From Zygnema circumcarinatum SAG 698-1b (Eukaryota > Plantae > Zygnematophyceae), in NCBI GenBank assembly GCA_037447605.1, contig JBBHKD010000010.1, forward strand, positions 1 to 64,000: 64,000 bases of DNA, in the 5' to 3' direction. Positions 60,644 through 64,000 of the stretch are shown here, in pieces (position 1 is the first letter of the stretch; the number at the start of each line of letters is the position of its first letter). A program made the position numbers and the translations under genes. The notes under the pieces were generated by a model. That model saw nothing but the letters and a program-made list of their open reading frames with translations. It was not told the origin of the DNA and did not search any database.

Positions 60644-63600
60644 CGGACGCCATATTATATAGTGCATAGTTTTATTATGGGAAGTAACCCACCCACACTA
60701 CTTTGTCATAGTCTCGGGTCTTATTCTGTGCCTGCTCGTGCTGCTAGGCTGCCTACACTTGTGTCGTGAGGTAGTGAGTGAGAGGGACCTTGAAGTAGTG
60801 GGAGAACTTCATTGTGGGAAGACAGTTTTATTATAAGGAGTTTTAGAGCCGTGAGCTTTCTCCTAACACTCTCTCATTGTGATTTCCGCTGTGCTTGTCT
60901 TGTAGCTTCATTCTGTTGTTATGGGCGATGAGTGAAGTAAGATAGAGCTTTGAGTGTTTGAATGTCTTCATCCGTGGGAACTCAAGTTCCAATGGAGGGC
61001 GACACCCAAGGTGGCGCCGGAAGTGGGGAGCAAACCCCTGCTTCAACAAGTGGTATCAGAGCCCAAGGTGGCGAGGAAGACCACGTGAAGTTCAGCATCC
61101 CAGCGTTCGATGGTTCGGACTACAAGGGGTGGAGATGGCGGCTGGTTCCCTTGCTCGTGGGCAAGGGGCTGTTGGGGTACGTTGACGGCACCATCAAGGC
61201 ACCGGTGCAGCCGGAGGGAGCCACGGCGGAGCGGCAGTCGGAGTTCGACACAGCGCTCGCCAGATGGAGGACCAAGGACAACAAGGCCCTCACCCAGATC
61301 GTCATGAGCGTGAGGGGAAGTCCCTCTTCCATGCTGTATGACCTTAAGACTTCACATGCTATGTGGAGATGCTTAGAGGAGATGTATGATGTAAAGGATA
61401 ACGTAACGATAGTCAGCCTTTACACGCAGCTTGGGAAAATGAAGATGTCCTCGGAAGAGAAGCTGAGTGAATATATGGTCAGATTTGATACTCTAATGGA
61501 GAGATTTGAGGCCACGCGAAAACCAAGTAGAGGGAGACTACAAATCAGCCAGCTTCTGGGGACTACCCGCCGATTTGATGTGGCAGCTGAGTTTTAGGAC
61601 CTGCTCTAACGAACACCGATGACCCTTGAGCAAGTGAAACGGAGGATCAAGGAGGAGAACACCGCCCAAGACGTTGGAGGCACCGAGGAGAAGGTAAGTT
61701 ATGCCGCACTCCACGGCTAAAGTTCAAGAGGAGGCGCCGAGCACCGGGGAACGACTCGCCGAGCCGCAGCTACACGCGGCAAGAAGACCGCCACTCTCGC
61801 CGACTGTTACAAGAACAAGAACACCCAAAATCGTAAGGAGCATCACATCCGGCCAAGAAGGGATTCAAGGGAATCCGCTAAATGCAAGAAGTTGCGCCAT
61901 ATATCGATTGCAGAGTGGCGAGACGGTCTCATACCGACCGAACATTCTGATTTTGTTGGGAAGATCCAGTGTCACGGATCCGTTTAGCCATGGTCGTATC
62001 GACTCGGGCGCTCCACGACATGTGTGGGCGCATAAGCTGCATGCCTCTCTAAGGCCGACACCTTGGAGAGGACCGACTGCTCACTCCCAAGAACCTGAGG
62101 AGGGAGTGATAGCTACATAAAAGGAGGTGTAGTAAAGATGATGATCCTCGGAGGCGGCTACATCATCACGAAGAAGAAAGAGAAGAAGCGGTTGTGCATG
62201 GGTGGCGTACTTACGCACCACGATCTGAAAGCAGAACTTAAATGTCCCGGTCAGAGTCAAGTAATAGCAGAGAGTGCAGTCACCTTTAAGGAGAAGTTCA
62301 GCTACCTACTGAGTCGGGAAGGGCTGGGCTGCCGAGGGGTAAGTATGAGAAGCTGGAGGCCCAGATACCTTCATTATAGGAGAGAAGAAGATGAGGGTGT
62401 GATGGCCGTAACTGAGGGTGCAGTAAATCTCTGGCATCGTAGACTTGGTCATCTAAACCATAGGGGACTGCAAAAGCTTGCTGCAAAGGGGCAGGTCCGC
62501 GGGTTAGACGTTGAAGTAGTTGAGAAGGAGCAAGGCTGTTGCAAAGAGTGTGTAGAGGGGAAAGCGCACAGGAGACCTTTCTCGAGGAGTGGAGAGGAGT
62601 CATTTCACGCGCAAGAGAAACTGGAATTGGTTCATACCGATTTGTGTGGACCCGTGACACCGGCAACGAGTGGAGGAGCTCGCTACTTCATCACCTTCCT
62701 CGACGATTTTTCGAGGAAAATTTGGGTGAAAATTCTCAAGTACAAATCTGAAGCTTTCGGAGCGTTCAGAGATTGGCAGACTCAGATGGAGCGAGAGAGC
62801 GGTCAGAACATGAAGACGCTCCGCTCGGACAACGGAGGGGAATTCAAGTCGAAGTGGAGTTCAAGTGGTACTTGAAGGCTCGCTTTAATAGTGCATGAAT
62901 TTTCCGGCCTTACCCTCAAAGAATGGAGTCAGCCGAGAGGGTCATTGTGATCATTGGGGATACATGGCACCTTAATTATGCCGAAGGACATTCCCCTTCC
63001 TAAGAGATCCTTAGAGAGGTACACAAGTGGATGACCGCGAACTTACCTTAGAAATAGATGCCCATCTTCAGGCTTAAAGATCGTGTCTCAAGAGGTGTGG
63101 AGTGGGAGGAAACCCACGTGTGTCCCAATCGGCCATCTGAGCGCCACCGGCCGGCCTAGGACACAAGGCCGGGCTACGCAGGCGTATGAGTAGAAAGTTC
63201 GGACTCAGCCGCGGGAAGTAGTACCTTCGGCTGGGCTGATGGGATGTACGTGACCTACCGGGTGGAACCCTCGAGCAAACGAAGTGCAGAGCTCGAGAGA
63301 CGTTACGGTGGACGAGAAGGGAGCGGTGACTCGGCTAGGTGAGACCCGCACCCCAAAGGCAGGTTTGGAAATTGTGTACGAGGATGTGGAGACCNGCGAA
63401 GAAGGCATGGACGCCTCGTGTCCTGTTTCCAGGAGATTCCACGCCCGGAAACAGGGAGCTGAGCTCTGGCAACGCCAACGTGGAGGCGTCGCGGGAGTTG
63501 AATTCCGGTGGAGCCGTAGTTTAGAGCCGCAACCTTCGACGCGACGCACTACTACACACTCCAATTGTCCGACGAGGAGAACTCGGCCGAAACTGTACCT

Positions 63601-63905
63601 TTGCATGGGCAGGAGTCTGAGGATTTGGAGACGGCTGAGAGAGAGGCTATGTTGTCGAGCATGCCTCCCGGGTTTGTCCCGGGGATTTTCTTCAACACGA
63701 GGAGCCGGAGAGCGCAAGGACCTCGGAGGAGCACCCGTGTGGTGAGGAGGCCTGATCACTNNNGGCCNNNGNNGNNNNNCCNNGTACAGGAAAGAGTGCC
63801 TACAGACTCAGCGGACCTCGAGGGAGCTGCCCACTGTTTTAAGATCACCGAATCGCAAACCTTTGAGGAGGCGCACGACGAGGTCGATGGAGAGAAGTGG
63901 TGAGC
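60644..63905 (+). mobile_element. Copia family E element: LTR end at about 61047, PBS, gag, protease, integrase; degraded towards RT
   Basis: CTTCAACA|AGTGGTATCAGAGCC. KFSIPAFDGSDY, WHRRLGH, LVHTDLCGP, LRSDNGGEF, ITESQTFEEA. Confidence 0.85.
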
Positions 63906-64000
63906 AAAAGAATCTACGTGCCGAGGGATGTAGCTTCTTTGCCGAGAACGCACATGGCTTAATTTGAGGAGTCAGCCGGTGGGAAGAGGGCCACTGACGC

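Overview
Eukaryotic nuclear DNA from the plant lineage. GT-AG introns, a plant-type NTM1, an RLK/Pelle fragment and tRNA-iMet primer binding sites point this way; a streptophyte alga is my inference. About 70% of the window is nested LTR retrotransposons: several Copia families, chromodomain-bearing Gypsy families, a 452-bp TRIM and MITEs. Many insertions can be ordered by their 5-bp target-site duplications. The host genes lie in a segmentally duplicated block on the minus strand. One is a two-exon gene with an N-terminal four-helix-bundle-like domain (resembling MCAfunc/MLKL/RPW8) spliced to about 30 near-identical 108-bp Sel1 repeats that vary at a few fixed residues. A second copy has about 5 repeats and is disrupted by a solo-LTR nest. 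There are also two tandem 8-exon copies of alpha-N-terminal methyltransferase NTM1, intact except for exon 1. The best candidates for new biology are the putative executor-plus-variable-Sel1 receptor and a TRIM whose LTR carries a tRNA-like Pol III promoter. The assembly has many 10-N gaps and indel-rich stretches, so frameshifts and joins across gaps are uncertain.
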